DNA of 64,000 bases from an uncultured Actinomycetes bacterium (GCA_963742735.1 CAVUMN010000003.1:32001-96000); one strand, 5' to 3'; counted from the stretch's first letter, positions 20,608 to 31,975 are shown. Notes: a model not told the origin generated them from the letters alone. Program-made: numbers and translations.

Positions 20608-22110
20608 CTAGTCGCCGAAGTCCGGCATCTCGCCGACGTAGGTCGCCGTGGGGCGGATGAGGCGGTTGTCGGCGATCTGCTCCAGGATGTGCGCGGCCCA
20701 GCCCACCACCCGGCTGCACCCGAACGTCACCGTTGCAAGCTCGCGGGGGATGCCGGCCATCTCGAAGACCACCGCCGAGTAGAACTCGACGTTGGTGTAG
20801 AGCGGCCGCCCCGGCTTCAGCTCCCGCAGGACCTCGTGGGCCATCTGCTCGACGTGCAGGGCCAGCTCCACCCGGCCGCCCCCGAACTCCTCGGCGGTCC
20901 GTTTGAGGGCCAGCGCCCGCGGGTCGTCGGTGCGGTAGACACGATGCCCGAACCCCATCAGCCGGTTGCCCGCCTTGACCCGCTCGGCCAGCCAGTCCCT
21001 GGCCTTCTCCTTCGAACCGATCGCGTCGAGCATGTCCAGAACGAGCGACGGCGCGCCGCCGTGAAGCGGCCCCGACAGCGCCCCGACCCCGCCCACGACC
21101 GCGGCGCCAACGTCGGCGCCGGTGGACGTGATGACCCGTGCGGTGAACGTGGACGCGTTCATCCCGTGGTCGGCGGTGAGGGTGAAGTAGCGGTTCATCG
21201 CGATGACCTGCGCCTCGGTCGGCTCGGTGCCGGTCACGGCGCGCAGGTATCCGGCCACATGGCCGCCCTCGCCGAGGTCGACCGGGCTGGTCCCCCCGGC
21301 CCGGATCGCGCCGACGATCGCCGGGAAGGCCGCGGCCAGGCGCAGGACGTCCTCGCGCGGCTTGGCCGGGTCGTCCTCCTCCAGCCAGGGGGCGTAGCCC
21401 CACTCGGCGGCCAGCGCGGAGGCGGCCGAGCGCAGTCCTGACATCGGCGAGCCCACCCCGGCCGCCGCGGCGATCCCCGCCTCCTCGGCGGACAGGCGCC
21501 GGCGGGCGGCGAGCTCGGCCGTGAACGCCTGGAGCTCGTTCGGGTCCGGCAGGCGCTCCTCGAGGAGCAGGAACCACACCGCCTCGAACGAGTGGTTCAT
21601 CGCGAGCTCGACGGCGTCGTGGCCGACGTAGACCAGCCGGCCCTTCTCGCCGTCGATGAAGCTCTTGCGCGTCTCGCCGACGACGACGTTCTCCAGGCCC
21701 TTGGCGCTGCTCGGGCGGGACGGGTCGACTTCGCTGATCCGCAGGCCGGTGACCAGATCGCGCAGCGACACCACCCCGGCGAGCTTTCCGTCGTCGATCA
21801 CCGGAAGGTGGCGGAACCCCTTCTGGGAGAGCAGGTCGAGGGCTTCGGCCGCCGAGGTGTCGGCGTCGACGGTCACCGGCTCGGAGGTCATCCATGCCGA
21901 GACCAGCGAGGTCTCCGGCTGGGCGGCGCCCGCCGTCGAGCTGACCATGTCGCGCTCGGTGATGATCCCCACCAGGCGCCCGTCCTCCGTCACCAGCGCG
22001 GAGCCGACCCCGCGCTCGCGCATGGCTTGCGCGGCCACGCCGATCGGGTCGCTCGGGCGGACGGTGACGGCGTCGGAGGTGAGGAGGTCGCGGACGGTGA
22101 CGTCGGCCAT
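20608..22110 (-). CDS. Citrate synthase family protein with an N-terminal tandem CBS domain
   Basis: CBS pair (GRLVGIITERD; FRHLPVIDDGKLAGVVSLRDL), then GLENVVVGET, DHGMNASTFTAR, GPLHGGA, MGFGHRVY, NVEFYS. Confidence 0.9.
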   Translation of the reverse strand: MADVTVRDLLTSDAVTVRPSDPIGVAAQAMRERGVGSALVTEDGRLVGIITERDMVSSTAGAAQPETSLVSAWMTSEPVTVDADTSAAEALDLLSQKGFRHLPVIDDGKLAGVVSLRDLVTGLRISEVDPSRPSSAKGLENVVVGETRKSFIDGEKGRLVYVGHDAVELAMNHSFEAVWFLLLEERLPDPNELQAFTAELAARRRLSAEEAGIAAAAGVGSPMSGLRSAASALAAEWGYAPWLEEDDPAKPREDVLRLAAAFPAIVGAIRAGGTSPVDLGEGGHVAGYLRAVTGTEPTEAQVIAMNRYFTLTADHGMNASTFTARVITSTGADVGAAVVGGVGALSGPLHGGAPSLVLDMLDAIGSKEKARDWLAERVKAGNRLMGFGHRVYRTDDPRALALKRTAEEFGGGRVELALHVEQMAHEVLRELKPGRPLYTNVEFYSAVVFEMAGIPRELATVTFGCSRVVGWAAHILEQIADNRLIRPTATYVGEMPDFGD

Positions 22111-22231
22111 CGCGCGCATCGTACCCGCATGCCCGCGGCACCGGCGAGGGAGGTTGGAAGGCGGTCGCGGGGCGTTTGGCGGGTTCGCCCGAAGGGGTTA
22201 CCCGCCGCCACCGTGTGGGAACGCTACAGGC

Positions 22232-22477
22232 ATGAATCGATGGTGGACCTGCCCTCGCTGCGGAGAGGTCGTCCCCGTCTCCTATCAGCTCGAGGAGTCC
22301 TTCGACGAGACGGGCATGGCGACGTTCGATCCCTCCGAGCACATCGCGCCCATGCGCGAGGACAAGCTCACGGCATCGTGGATGGGCGTGGTGCGCTGCC
22401 CCAACCACGAATGCGAGGCCGCGTGGGTGTTCACGCTCTACCCGGCCGAGAAGTCGCTGTTCGCCGAGTCCGCCTAG
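22232..22477 (+). CDS. Small hypothetical zinc-ribbon-like protein (81 aa)
   Basis: MNRWWTCPRCGE...RCPNHECEA; native codon bias; fills an otherwise empty gap. Confidence 0.65.
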   Translation: MNRWWTCPRCGEVVPVSYQLEESFDETGMATFDPSEHIAPMREDKLTASWMGVVRCPNHECEAAWVFTLYPAEKSLFAESA

Positions 22478-22523
22478 TCCGCCCAGGTAGGAACCCGCCC
22501 GCCCCCGCGGCGAATATCCCTGC

Positions 22524-23960
22524 GTGCGAACCGCCCGCCCGATCGCGCTCGTCCTGATCGTCCTGTCGTTCGCGTGGGCATCCGCCGCGTCGCCGGCCGG
22601 CGCCCGGCCGAAGCCGAAGGCCGTGACGCCGCCGATGGCGGTGGTCGCGCTGATCGACTCGGGGATCAACCCGTACGCGGCGGCCTTCCGGGACCGTTCG
22701 CCGCTGGCGTACCGGCATCCCTCCACGTACATCCCCGGATACCCGAAGGGCGCGCGCGAGCTGCGCCTGACCCTCGACGTCCCCTACGAGCGAGCGCTGG
22801 AGCGGGACCGGCGCACGTGGACGCGCGTCCGCCCGGAGACCCTGTACTGGATCCCGGGCACCCGGATCGTCGGCGCGATCTCCATGGCGAGCGGCGGGAC
22901 GAGCTGTCCGGTCGTGCCGGTGCCGCCCGCCAACGCGGTCAACCAGACCTCGTGCGAGGACTTCCCGATCCTCGACGGCCACGGCCACGGGACCATGACG
23001 GCCTCACGCGCCGCGGGCCGGCCGAACTCGCTGGCGCCGTACGCGCGCATCGTCGAGGTCGAGGGCCTCGGCGCCGCCTCCGTTCGGTGGGCCGCCGACC
23101 AGGGCTGGATCGACGTCCAGTCGAACTCGTGGATCGACCTGATCCCGCCGCCGGTGAACGGCCTGGTAGGGGACACCTCGGCGGCCTTCGCGTACGCGTC
23201 GACCCGGACGCTGACTCTGGCCGCCTCGGGGAACGGAAGCGCGTACATCCTGGGCGTCGCCCCGACCCCCACCTACGTGCTGTCCACGGCGCCGCCGGGG
23301 GTGATCCTGGTCGGCGGCCACGACAACGGACGGATGACCCTGTGGTCGGGCTCGCCCCCGCACGTGGTCGCCGACTCCTACGCGGGCTACGCGGCGCTGC
23401 GGACCTCCTCCGGCCCGATGGTCCCCGACTCGATCGCGTGCTGCTCCAGCGCGGCGTCCCCGTACGCGGCCGGCGCCGCCGCGGCGATCGTGGACCGTGC
23501 GCGGAAGATCCTCGGCGACCACCGCACCGGGATCCACGACGGCGTGGTGGCCCGGGGGCCGGCCGGCCGCGTCAAGGCCGGACCGCTCGCCGACGGCATG
23601 TTCACGCTCGACGAGCTTCGCTCGCTGTTCCTGCACACCGCCGAGGCCCGCCCCGCGGAAGGTCGCGACGACGGCCTGGTCCACTGGACCGGCGAGCCCC
23701 GCGCGCCCGAGCTGACCCCGTTCGGCCCGGGCGCGAACCCCTTCTGCCAGGGCTGCTGGACGACGCCGGTCTCCTGGGAAGACATCCCGGCCGAGGGACC
23801 GACCTACCCCCTGCTCGGCTACGGGGCGATCAACGAGCGCTCGCTGGTCCTGGCCCTGCGGGTGCTGAGCGGCACCGCCAACGAGCCCGAGCGCCCCCAG
23901 GAGGACCAGGCCTTCGACCTGGACCAACAGCTGCGCGCGCTCATCTTCGGGTCGGGATGA
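22524..23960 (+). CDS. Secreted S8 (subtilisin-like) peptidase
   Basis: Signal peptide; VALIDSGIN (Asp), HGHGTMTAS (His), ASGNG oxyanion Asn, CCSSAASPYAAG (Ser region). Confidence 0.78.
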   Translation: MRTARPIALVLIVLSFAWASAASPAGARPKPKAVTPPMAVVALIDSGINPYAAAFRDRSPLAYRHPSTYIPGYPKGARELRLTLDVPYERALERDRRTWTRVRPETLYWIPGTRIVGAISMASGGTSCPVVPVPPANAVNQTSCEDFPILDGHGHGTMTASRAAGRPNSLAPYARIVEVEGLGAASVRWAADQGWIDVQSNSWIDLIPPPVNGLVGDTSAAFAYASTRTLTLAASGNGSAYILGVAPTPTYVLSTAPPGVILVGGHDNGRMTLWSGSPPHVVADSYAGYAALRTSSGPMVPDSIACCSSAASPYAAGAAAAIVDRARKILGDHRTGIHDGVVARGPAGRVKAGPLADGMFTLDELRSLFLHTAEARPAEGRDDGLVHWTGEPRAPELTPFGPGANPFCQGCWTTPVSWEDIPAEGPTYPLLGYGAINERSLVLALRVLSGTANEPERPQEDQAFDLDQQLRALIFGSG

Positions 23961-24022
23961 GGATGTCGGTGCGGCGCGGTAGCCTTGACACACCTCTCCC
24001 GAAGCGGGGATAAGGAGGAGAG

Positions 24023-24265
24023 GTGGAAGCGCTCAACACCATCATCAACGCGTTCGCGATCGGGATCGTCGGCCTCCTGCTGGGGCTGCAGACCCGTTCG
24101 ATTCGCGGCGAGGTCACCGAGCTCGGGCGCGAGATGCATGATGAGTTTCGGTCGGTGCGGGGGGAGCTGGCGTCCTTACGGTCAGATCTCACAAATGTGG
24201 CCCTCACCGTCGGCGCCGCTGCCTCGCCGCGCTCAGGAGCTCCTGGAGCCTCAGGCACGCGGTAG
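24023..24265 (+). CDS. Small hypothetical protein (N-terminal hydrophobic helix plus coiled coil)
   Basis: AGGAGG RBS before GTG, TTGACA at 23985, heptad-like IRGEVTELGREM..VRGELASLRSDL. Confidence 0.6.
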   Translation: MEALNTIINAFAIGIVGLLLGLQTRSIRGEVTELGREMHDEFRSVRGELASLRSDLTNVALTVGAAASPRSGAPGASGTR

Positions 24266-24332
24266 GTCGCGCTCGTTCTTGGGCCAAGCTGAAAATGATC
24301 CACGCGGGCCTGCTGGACTAGGCTCCAACGGC

Positions 24333-24500
24333 GTGAGGGTGGCTCTAGGGATACTTGTTGCATTGGTCGGGCTCGCCTTGACGGCCTACTCGATCCCCTT
24401 CGTGACGGGGGTTGCTTTCGCTGTCTTCCTGCTGGGGATCGCAACGCTGGTCGCTGGAGTCCGGCTAGCGTTGCGCGGACGGGGCTCCACCTCAAACTGA
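24333..24500 (+). CDS. Small two-TM membrane protein (55 aa)
   Basis: TAGGCT -10 lies 8 nt before GTG; two hydrophobic helices. Confidence 0.5.
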   Translation: MRVALGILVALVGLALTAYSIPFVTGVAFAVFLLGIATLVAGVRLALRGRGSTSN

Positions 24501-24524
24501 CCCACTACCTCGGCGCCCAGGCAC

Positions 24525-24553
24525 TTGACGGAGCGTCAGATGGGGCGCATCAT
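24525..24553 (+). promoter_or_regulatory. Sigma70-type promoter of the ilv-leu operon
   Basis: TTGACG (24525) - 17 bp - CATCAT (24548). Confidence 0.6.
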
Positions 24554-24563
24554 GGGCGGTCCA

Positions 24564-24620
24564 ATGTTCGGGCCGACGGAGTTTGCGCGCATCGACCTGA
24601 GCCTCGTACTTATTAGGTAG
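24564..24620 (+). CDS. ilv operon leader peptide [18 protein letters not shown]
   Basis: Cluster of Ile/Leu/Val codons, including rare GTA, CTT and ATT, directly before antiterminator/terminator hairpins. Confidence 0.8.
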   Translation: MFGPTEFARIDLSLVLIR

Positions 24621-24622
24621 GC

Positions 24623-24689
24623 GCGGGGCCGGGCAAGCATGCCCGCCGCGCGCCAGACGACCTCCGGCCCCGCCGGGGGTCTTTTGTTT
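24623..24689 (+). terminator. Attenuator: antiterminator plus intrinsic terminator
   Basis: Terminator GACCTCCGGC-ccc-GCCGGGGGTC-TTTTGTTT (24659-24689); GCGGGGCCGGG (24623-24633) can pair with TCCGGCCCCGC (24663-24673). Confidence 0.85.
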
Positions 24690-24767
24690 CCCCGGCTTCA
24701 GCGCCGAAGCCAAGCGTCCGAGAACAGAGCAAAGGGTGCGAAGCGCCCCCGAGCAGGAGGGAACGAG

Positions 24768-25070
24768 ATGCGGTTCGAGTTTCACGACAAGGACAGCCGG
24801 GTCGGCACGGCCCAGTGGGAGGGCCCGGGCCAGGTCCGGCTGACGGTCGAGGATCCCGCGGAGCGGGACTACCTGACCACGTACTTCGCCGGCGAGATGC
24901 ACTACATGGCGACCCCGTTCGACGAGGACGAGGACGCGCTGCAGGTTCGCCGGCGCGACTGGACGCCGTGGGAGTTCGAGCGGGCGTGCCTGGCCCTGAC
25001 CTCCAAGCGCGGCTACCGCGTGCACATGACCCCGTCCGAGGCCGTCGAGGCCCGCCCCGAGGCCAGCTGA
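24768..25070 (+). CDS. Hypothetical protein (100 aa), first cistron of the ilv-leu operon
   Basis: AGGAGG RBS, strong GC3 bias, [23 protein letters not shown]...[16 protein letters not shown]. Confidence 0.75.
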   Translation: MRFEFHDKDSRVGTAQWEGPGQVRLTVEDPAERDYLTTYFAGEMHYMATPFDEDEDALQVRRRDWTPWEFERACLALTSKRGYRVHMTPSEAVEARPEAS

Positions 25071-25099
25071 ACCCCAACCCCCGAGAGGAGACGACCGAC

Positions 25100-26869
25100 A
25101 TGACCCGATCCACCCCGAAGCCCGGGCGCCTCAGCGGCGCGCAGTCGCTGATGAAGAGCCTCGAGCTCGAGGGCGTAGAGGTCATCTTCGGGATCCCCGG
25201 CGGGGCCATCCTGCCGGCCTACGACCCGATGCTCGACTCCTCGATCCGTCACCTGCTGATGCGCCACGAGCAGGGAGCCGGCCACGCCGCGGAGGGCTAC
25301 GCCCACGCCACCGGGAAGGCCGGGGTGTGCATGGCCACCAGCGGTCCCGGCGGCACGAACCTGGTCACCGCGCTGGCCGACGCGCTCATGGACTCGGTCC
25401 CGGTGGTGGCGATCACCGGGCAGGTCCCGACCGCGGTCGTCGGCAACGACGCGTTCCAGGAGGCCGACATCACCGGCATCACGATCCCGGTCACCAAGCA
25501 CAACTGGCTGGTCACCGACGGCGCGGATATCCCTCACGTGATCCGAGAGGCGTTCCACATCGCCACGACCGGACGGCCCGGCCCCGTCCTGGTCGACATC
25601 CCCAAGGACGTCCTGATCAACGAGACCGACTTCGAGTGGCCGGAGCAGCTCGACCTTCCGGGCTACAACCCGACCACCAAGGGCAATCTCAAGCAGGTCC
25701 GCGAGGCCGTGAAGCTCATCATGGCGGCCGAGCGCCCGGTCCTCTACGTCGGCGGCGGCGTGATCAAGGGCGAGGCCTCGAAGGACCTGTTCAAGCTGGC
25801 CGAGACCGGCCGGATCCCCGTGGTCACCACCCTCATGGCGCGCGGGGCGTTCCCCGACACCCACGAGCTGGGCCTGGGCATGCCCGGGATGCACGGCAAC
25901 TACACGGCGGTCACCGCGATGCAGAAGGCCGATCTGCTGATCGCCCTCGGCACCCGGTTCGACGACCGCGTGACCGGCAGCCTCGCCTCGTTCGCGGCGG
26001 GCGCCAAGATCATCCACGTCGACGTCGATCCGGCGGAGATCGGCAAGAACCGCCGCGCCGACGTGCCGATCGTGGGCGACGCACGCGACGTGACCGCCGC
26101 GCTGGCGCGCGAGCTCGCGAAGGCGGTCTCGGAGAACGGCAACCCCGACCGGTCGAAGTGGCTCGCCCAGATCAAGGACTGGCAGGATCGGTTCCCGCTG
26201 CGCTACGACCAGACCGACGACGGCCCGATCAAGCCGCAGTACGTGGTCGAGCGCGTCTACGAGGCCACCGGCGGCGAGGCCACGATCGTGGCCGGCGTCG
26301 GGCAGCACCAGATGTGGACCTCACAGCACTACAAGTTCACCCGGCCCCGTCAGTTCATCAACTCCGGGGGCCTGGGGACGATGGGCTTCGCGGTCCCCGC
26401 GGCCCTCGGCGCCAAGATGGGGCGGCCGAAGGACGTCGTGTTCGCGATCGACGGCGACGGCTGCTTCCAGATGACCGCGCAGGAGCTCGCCACGTGCGCC
26501 TTCGAGGACATCCCGATCGTGGTCGGCATCCTGAACAACGGCTACCTCGGCATGGTCCGCCAGTGGCAGGAGCTCTTCTACAACCGTCGCGAGTCGCAGG
26601 TGGAGTTCGGGTGGGACGTGCCCGACTACGTGAAGCTCGCCGAGGCGTACGGCGGCGTCGGACTGCGCGCCGAGACGCCCGACGAGGTCGACTCGATCCT
26701 GGACAAGGCCCTGTCGGTGAAGGACAAGACCGTCGTCATCGACTTCCGCGTCGACCGCACCGAGATGGTCTTCCCGATGGTCCCGGCCGGAGGGTCGAAC
26801 GACGACATCATCCTCGGCCCCGAACAGGCGGAGCCGGCGGACGAGCCGGCCGACGCCCCGATCGCGTAG
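25100..26869 (+). CDS. ilvB: Acetolactate synthase large subunit
   Basis: [71 protein letters not shown]. Confidence 0.97.
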   Translation: MTRSTPKPGRLSGAQSLMKSLELEGVEVIFGIPGGAILPAYDPMLDSSIRHLLMRHEQGAGHAAEGYAHATGKAGVCMATSGPGGTNLVTALADALMDSVPVVAITGQVPTAVVGNDAFQEADITGITIPVTKHNWLVTDGADIPHVIREAFHIATTGRPGPVLVDIPKDVLINETDFEWPEQLDLPGYNPTTKGNLKQVREAVKLIMAAERPVLYVGGGVIKGEASKDLFKLAETGRIPVVTTLMARGAFPDTHELGLGMPGMHGNYTAVTAMQKADLLIALGTRFDDRVTGSLASFAAGAKIIHVDVDPAEIGKNRRADVPIVGDARDVTAALARELAKAVSENGNPDRSKWLAQIKDWQDRFPLRYDQTDDGPIKPQYVVERVYEATGGEATIVAGVGQHQMWTSQHYKFTRPRQFINSGGLGTMGFAVPAALGAKMGRPKDVVFAIDGDGCFQMTAQELATCAFEDIPIVVGILNNGYLGMVRQWQELFYNRRESQVEFGWDVPDYVKLAEAYGGVGLRAETPDEVDSILDKALSVKDKTVVIDFRVDRTEMVFPMVPAGGSNDDIILGPEQAEPADEPADAPIA

Positions 26870-26878
26870 GGGGTTCGG

Positions 26879-27406
26879 ATGTCACTGCACACCGTCAGCG
26901 TCCTGGTCCAGGACAAGCCGGGAGTCCTGGCCCGTGTCGCGGGGCTGTTCGCCCGCCGCGGCTTCAACATCCACTCGCTCGCGGTGGGCAACACCGAGGA
27001 CCCGGGCACGAGCCGGATGACGATCGTCGTCGAGATCAAGACCAAGCCTCTCGAGCAGGTGACGAAGCAGCTCAACAAGCTCGTGAACGTCCTGAAGGTG
27101 GCCGAGCTGGAGCACGGGAGCGCGGTCGAGCGCGAGCTGGCGTTGATCAAGGTCCGCGCCACCAACGGCGACCGTCCCCGCGTGATCGAGGTCGCCCAGA
27201 TCTTTCGCGCGCGGATCCTCGACGTCGCCCACGACGCCCTGACCATCGAGATCACCGGGAACTCCGACAAGGTCGAGGCGTTCCACGATCTGCTTCGGCC
27301 GTTCGGGGTGATCGAGATGGTCCGGACGGGCCGCGTCGCGCTCGCTCGCGGCGAGGAGGGTCTGAAGGACCGCCGGCTTCGCGCCGTCAAGACCGGCACC
27401 GACTGA
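26879..27406 (+). CDS. ilvN: Acetolactate synthase small subunit
   Basis: [51 protein letters not shown]. Confidence 0.96.
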   Translation: MSLHTVSVLVQDKPGVLARVAGLFARRGFNIHSLAVGNTEDPGTSRMTIVVEIKTKPLEQVTKQLNKLVNVLKVAELEHGSAVERELALIKVRATNGDRPRVIEVAQIFRARILDVAHDALTIEITGNSDKVEAFHDLLRPFGVIEMVRTGRVALARGEEGLKDRRLRAVKTGTD

Positions 27407-27440
27407 TCGACATCACCGACACGACCACGAGGAGACCGAC

Positions 27441-28467
<1,027 letters not shown>

Positions 28468-28475
<8 letters not shown>

Positions 28476-30096
28476 CGGTGGCGTAGGCGGGGGGGTACGG
28501 GGGGGTAGCGCGCCCCAAGGTGCCCCGGAGTCCGTTCCGGAGAGCGGGCGGACCCCCCGTGAGCAGGATGTAGTCCGGTTCTTCGACACCACCCTGCGCG
28601 ACGGGGAGCAGGCGCCCGGCATCGCACTCTCCGGCGCCGAGAAGATCGAGATCGCGGAGCACCTGGCCCGACTCGGCGTCGACATCATCGAGGCCGGTTT
28701 CCCGGCGTCGAGCCAGGGGGACTTCGACGCGGTCGCGAAGATCGCCGACCAGGTGAAGGGCCCGACCATCGCCGCGCTGTGCCGGACGAACCACGACGAC
28801 GTCGATCGTGGCTGGGACGCGATCAAGGGAGCGGCGAAGGGCCGCCTGCACCTGTTCGTGTCCACGAGCGACGTGCACATGACCTCGATGCTGAAGATGG
28901 ACGCCGACCAGGTCCTGACCCTCACGCGGGAGACCGTCCGTCGCGCCGCCGGCTACACCGACGACGTGGAGTTCTCGGCCCAGGACGCCACCCGAACCGA
29001 CCCCGAGTTCATGCTCGAGGTGTTCCGCGTCGCCGTCGAGGAGGGCGCCACGACGATCAACGTGCCGGACACGGTCGGCTACGCCCTGCCCCACGAGTTC
29101 GGCGAGCTGGTACGCATGGTCCGCGAGGCCCTGCCCGAGCACGTGATCATCTCCACGCACTGTCACAACGACCTCGGGCTCGCCGTGGCGAACTCCATGG
29201 CCGGCGTCATGAACGGGGCGCGACAGGTGGAGGTCGCGGTCAACGGGATCGGCGAGCGCGCCGGCAACTGCTCGCTCGAGGAGGTCGCGATGATCGTGCA
29301 GACGCGCGGCCAGGCCCTCGGCCTCTCCCACAACCTGAACCTGAAGGAGATCGCCCGGACGTCGCGGCTGGTCAGCCTGTTGACCGGCTACGTCGTGCAG
29401 CCCAACAAGGCCGTGGTCGGCGCGAACGCGTTCGCCCACGAGTCGGGCATCCACCAGCACGGGGTGCTCATGAACCGCGCGACCTACGAGATCATGGACC
29501 CCGCCGAGATCGGGCTGGAGGGCTCCCGGATCGTATTGGGCAAGCATTCCGGGCGCCACGCGTTCTCCGACGCGCTGGCCAAGCTCGGCCTGGAGCTGGA
29601 CCGCGACGCGCTCGATCGCGCGTTCGCCCGGTTCAAGGACCTGGCCGACCGCAAGATCCAGCTGACCGACGCTGACCTCGAGGCGATCGTGGCCGAGGAG
29701 CTCGGCACGTCGGACCGCGACGGCTTCGTGATCGAGTCGCTCGCCGTCACCGGCGGGACGCACCTGTCGCCCACGGCCACGGTGCGTCTTCTCCGAGGAG
29801 GAGAGACGTTCGAGGACTCCGCCCTCGGAGACGGGATGATCGACGCCGCGTGCGGCGCCATCGCCCGCGCCACGGGCGTCGACGCCCGCCTGGTGAACTT
29901 CAATGTGTCGAGCGTGACCGGGGGATCGGACGCGTTGGGCGACGTCGTCATCCAGCTCGACGTCGACGGCAGGCTCGTGACCGGCCGCGGCGTGAGCAGC
30001 GATGTCGTGGAGGCCAGCGCCAGGGCCTACCTCTCCGCCATCAACCGAGCCCTCTCCGTCGAGGCGAACGACGCGGGCGAACGGGGCAGCCGATGA
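28468..30096 (+). CDS. leuA: 2-isopropylmalate synthase, with an N-terminal extension encoded by a palindromic element
   Basis: [58 protein letters not shown]; C-terminal regulatory domain. Confidence 0.95.
28490..28559 (+). repeat. 70-bp GC-rich palindromic element, copy 2 (inside the leuA 5' end)
   Basis: GGGGGGTACGGGGGGGTAGCGCGCC...CCGGAGTCCGTTCCGG...GCGGGCGGACCCCCCG; 59/70 identical to the reverse complement of 15456-15525. Confidence 0.9.
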
Positions 30097-31412
30097 CCCC
30101 CATGACGATCACCGAGAAGATCCTGGCGCGCGCCAGCGGGAACGAGTCGGTCCGCCCCGGCGACCTGATCATGGCCAACGCCGACCTGGCGATGGGCAAC
30201 GACGTGACCGCGCCGGTGGCGATCGCCCGCTATCGCGAGCTCGGCATCGAGAACGTGTGGGACCCGTCGAAGGTCGCGCTCGTCCCCAGCCACTTCTCGC
30301 CGGCGAAGGACATCGCCAGCGCGAAGCTCGGCATGACCATGCGCGAGTTCGCCCGCGAGCAGGGGATCGAGCACTACTTCGAGCTCGGCCGCGGCGGGAT
30401 CGAGCACATCCTGCTTCCCGAGCAGGCTCTGGCCCTTCCCGGCCACGTGATCATCGGGGCCGACTCGCACAGCTGCACGTACGGCGCGCTCGGCGCGTTC
30501 TCGACCGGCGTCGGCTCGACCGACCTGGCCGCGGTGCTGGCCACCGGCAAGATCTGGCTTCGGGTGCCCGAGACCGTGCGCTTCGTCTACGAGGGCGTCC
30601 CCAACCCGTGGGTGATCGGCAAGGACCTCATCCTGTCGGTGATCGGGCTCGTCGGCGACGAGGGCTGCGCGTACCAGGCCATGGAGCACACCGGTCCCGC
30701 GCTGCAGCACCTGTCGATGGACTCCCGGTTCACGCTGACCAACATGGCCATCGAGGCCGGCGCGAAGTCGGGGATCGTCATCCCCGACGAGATCACCCTC
30801 GACTACGTGAAGCAGCGCCAGGAGCTCCACCAGCGGTTCACCGAGTACTTCGTCTACGACAGCGACCCCGACGCCGAGGTCGCGGCCACGCACACGGTCG
30901 ACGTCTCGGCGCTCGAGCCGCAGGTCTCGCTGCCGTCGCTGCCGTCGAAGTCCCAGCCCGTGTCGACCGCCGAGCGCGTGAACGTGGATCAGGTGTTCAT
31001 CGGCTCGTGCACCAACGCGAAGATGGAGGACCTGCGGATCGCCGCGCACATCCTCCGCGGCCGCCAGGCCCACCCCCGGGTGCGGCTGATGGTCATCCCG
31101 GCCACCCAGGAGATCTGGAAGCAGGCGAACAAGGAGGGGCTGCTCGACGTGTTCGCCGAGGCCGGCGCGACCGTCTCGACGCCCACGTGCGGACCGTGCC
31201 TGGGCGGGCACATGGGCGTCCTGGGGCCGGACGAGGTCTGCGTCTCCACGAGCAACCGCAACTACGTGGGGCGCATGGGCGACAAGACGGCGAGGGTGTA
31301 CCTGGTCAACCCCGCGGTCGCGGCGGCCACCGCGGTCCTGGGCAAGCTGTCGCACCCGGACGAGATCGGCATCGAGGCCCCCAGGTTGAACACGGTCGGT
31401 GAGCTCGTATGA
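30093..31412 (+). CDS. leuC: 3-isopropylmalate dehydratase large subunit (short LeuC/HacA-type)
   Basis: MTITEKIL, GADSHSCTYGALG, NMAIEAG, FIGSCTN, CGPCLGGHMG, STSNRN. Confidence 0.93.
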   Translation: MTPMTITEKILARASGNESVRPGDLIMANADLAMGNDVTAPVAIARYRELGIENVWDPSKVALVPSHFSPAKDIASAKLGMTMREFAREQGIEHYFELGRGGIEHILLPEQALALPGHVIIGADSHSCTYGALGAFSTGVGSTDLAAVLATGKIWLRVPETVRFVYEGVPNPWVIGKDLILSVIGLVGDEGCAYQAMEHTGPALQHLSMDSRFTLTNMAIEAGAKSGIVIPDEITLDYVKQRQELHQRFTEYFVYDSDPDAEVAATHTVDVSALEPQVSLPSLPSKSQPVSTAERVNVDQVFIGSCTNAKMEDLRIAAHILRGRQAHPRVRLMVIPATQEIWKQANKEGLLDVFAEAGATVSTPTCGPCLGGHMGVLGPDEVCVSTSNRNYVGRMGDKTARVYLVNPAVAAATAVLGKLSHPDEIGIEAPRLNTVGELV

Positions 31413-31975
31413 GCCAGGACGTCATCGAGGGCCGGGCGCACGTCTACGGCGACAACGTCGACACCGACGTGATCATCCCGGCGCGCTACCTGACCACGAT
31501 CGACCCGGCCGAGCTCGCGGCGCATTGCCTGGAGGACCTCGACCCCGACTTCGTGAAGAACGTGAAGCCGGGAGACGTGATCGTGGCCGGCCGGAACTTC
31601 GGGTCGGGCTCTTCCCGCGAGCACGCCCCGATCGCGATCAAGGCCTCCGGGATCGCGTGCATCGTCGCCGTCTCGTTCGCCCGGATCTTCTACCGCAACT
31701 CGATCAACGTCGGCCTGCCGATCGTCGAGTGTCCGGACATCGCAGATGGCGTCGAGTCCGGAGACGTGGTACGTATCGACATGGCTGGCGGGGTGGTCGA
31801 GAACGTGGCTCGGGGGCGCAGTCACGCGGCCACCCCGCTGCCGTCTTTCATGAAGGACATCCTTGACGCCGGCGGCCTCATGCCGTGGGTGAAGCGCAGC
31901 CTCGACGCCGGCGGACAGGTCTCGGTGGGGGTCTCCGCGGACGAGCCCGTCCAGGCCGACTGGCGGCTCGACTGA
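31409..31975 (+). CDS. leuD: 3-isopropylmalate dehydratase small subunit
   Basis: GDNVDTDVIIPARYL, NFGSGSSREHAP, SFARIFYRN. Confidence 0.93.
   Translation: MSQDVIEGRAHVYGDNVDTDVIIPARYLTTIDPAELAAHCLEDLDPDFVKNVKPGDVIVAGRNFGSGSSREHAPIAIKASGIACIVAVSFARIFYRNSINVGLPIVECPDIADGVESGDVVRIDMAGGVVENVARGRSHAATPLPSFMKDILDAGGLMPWVKRSLDAGGQVSVGVSADEPVQADWRLD

Noticed and set aside
26869-26878. GGGGGTTCGG-like stretch before ilvN resembling the end of the 70-bp element
   Set aside because: Only about 10 nt, located at the RBS position, and no hairpin body follows.
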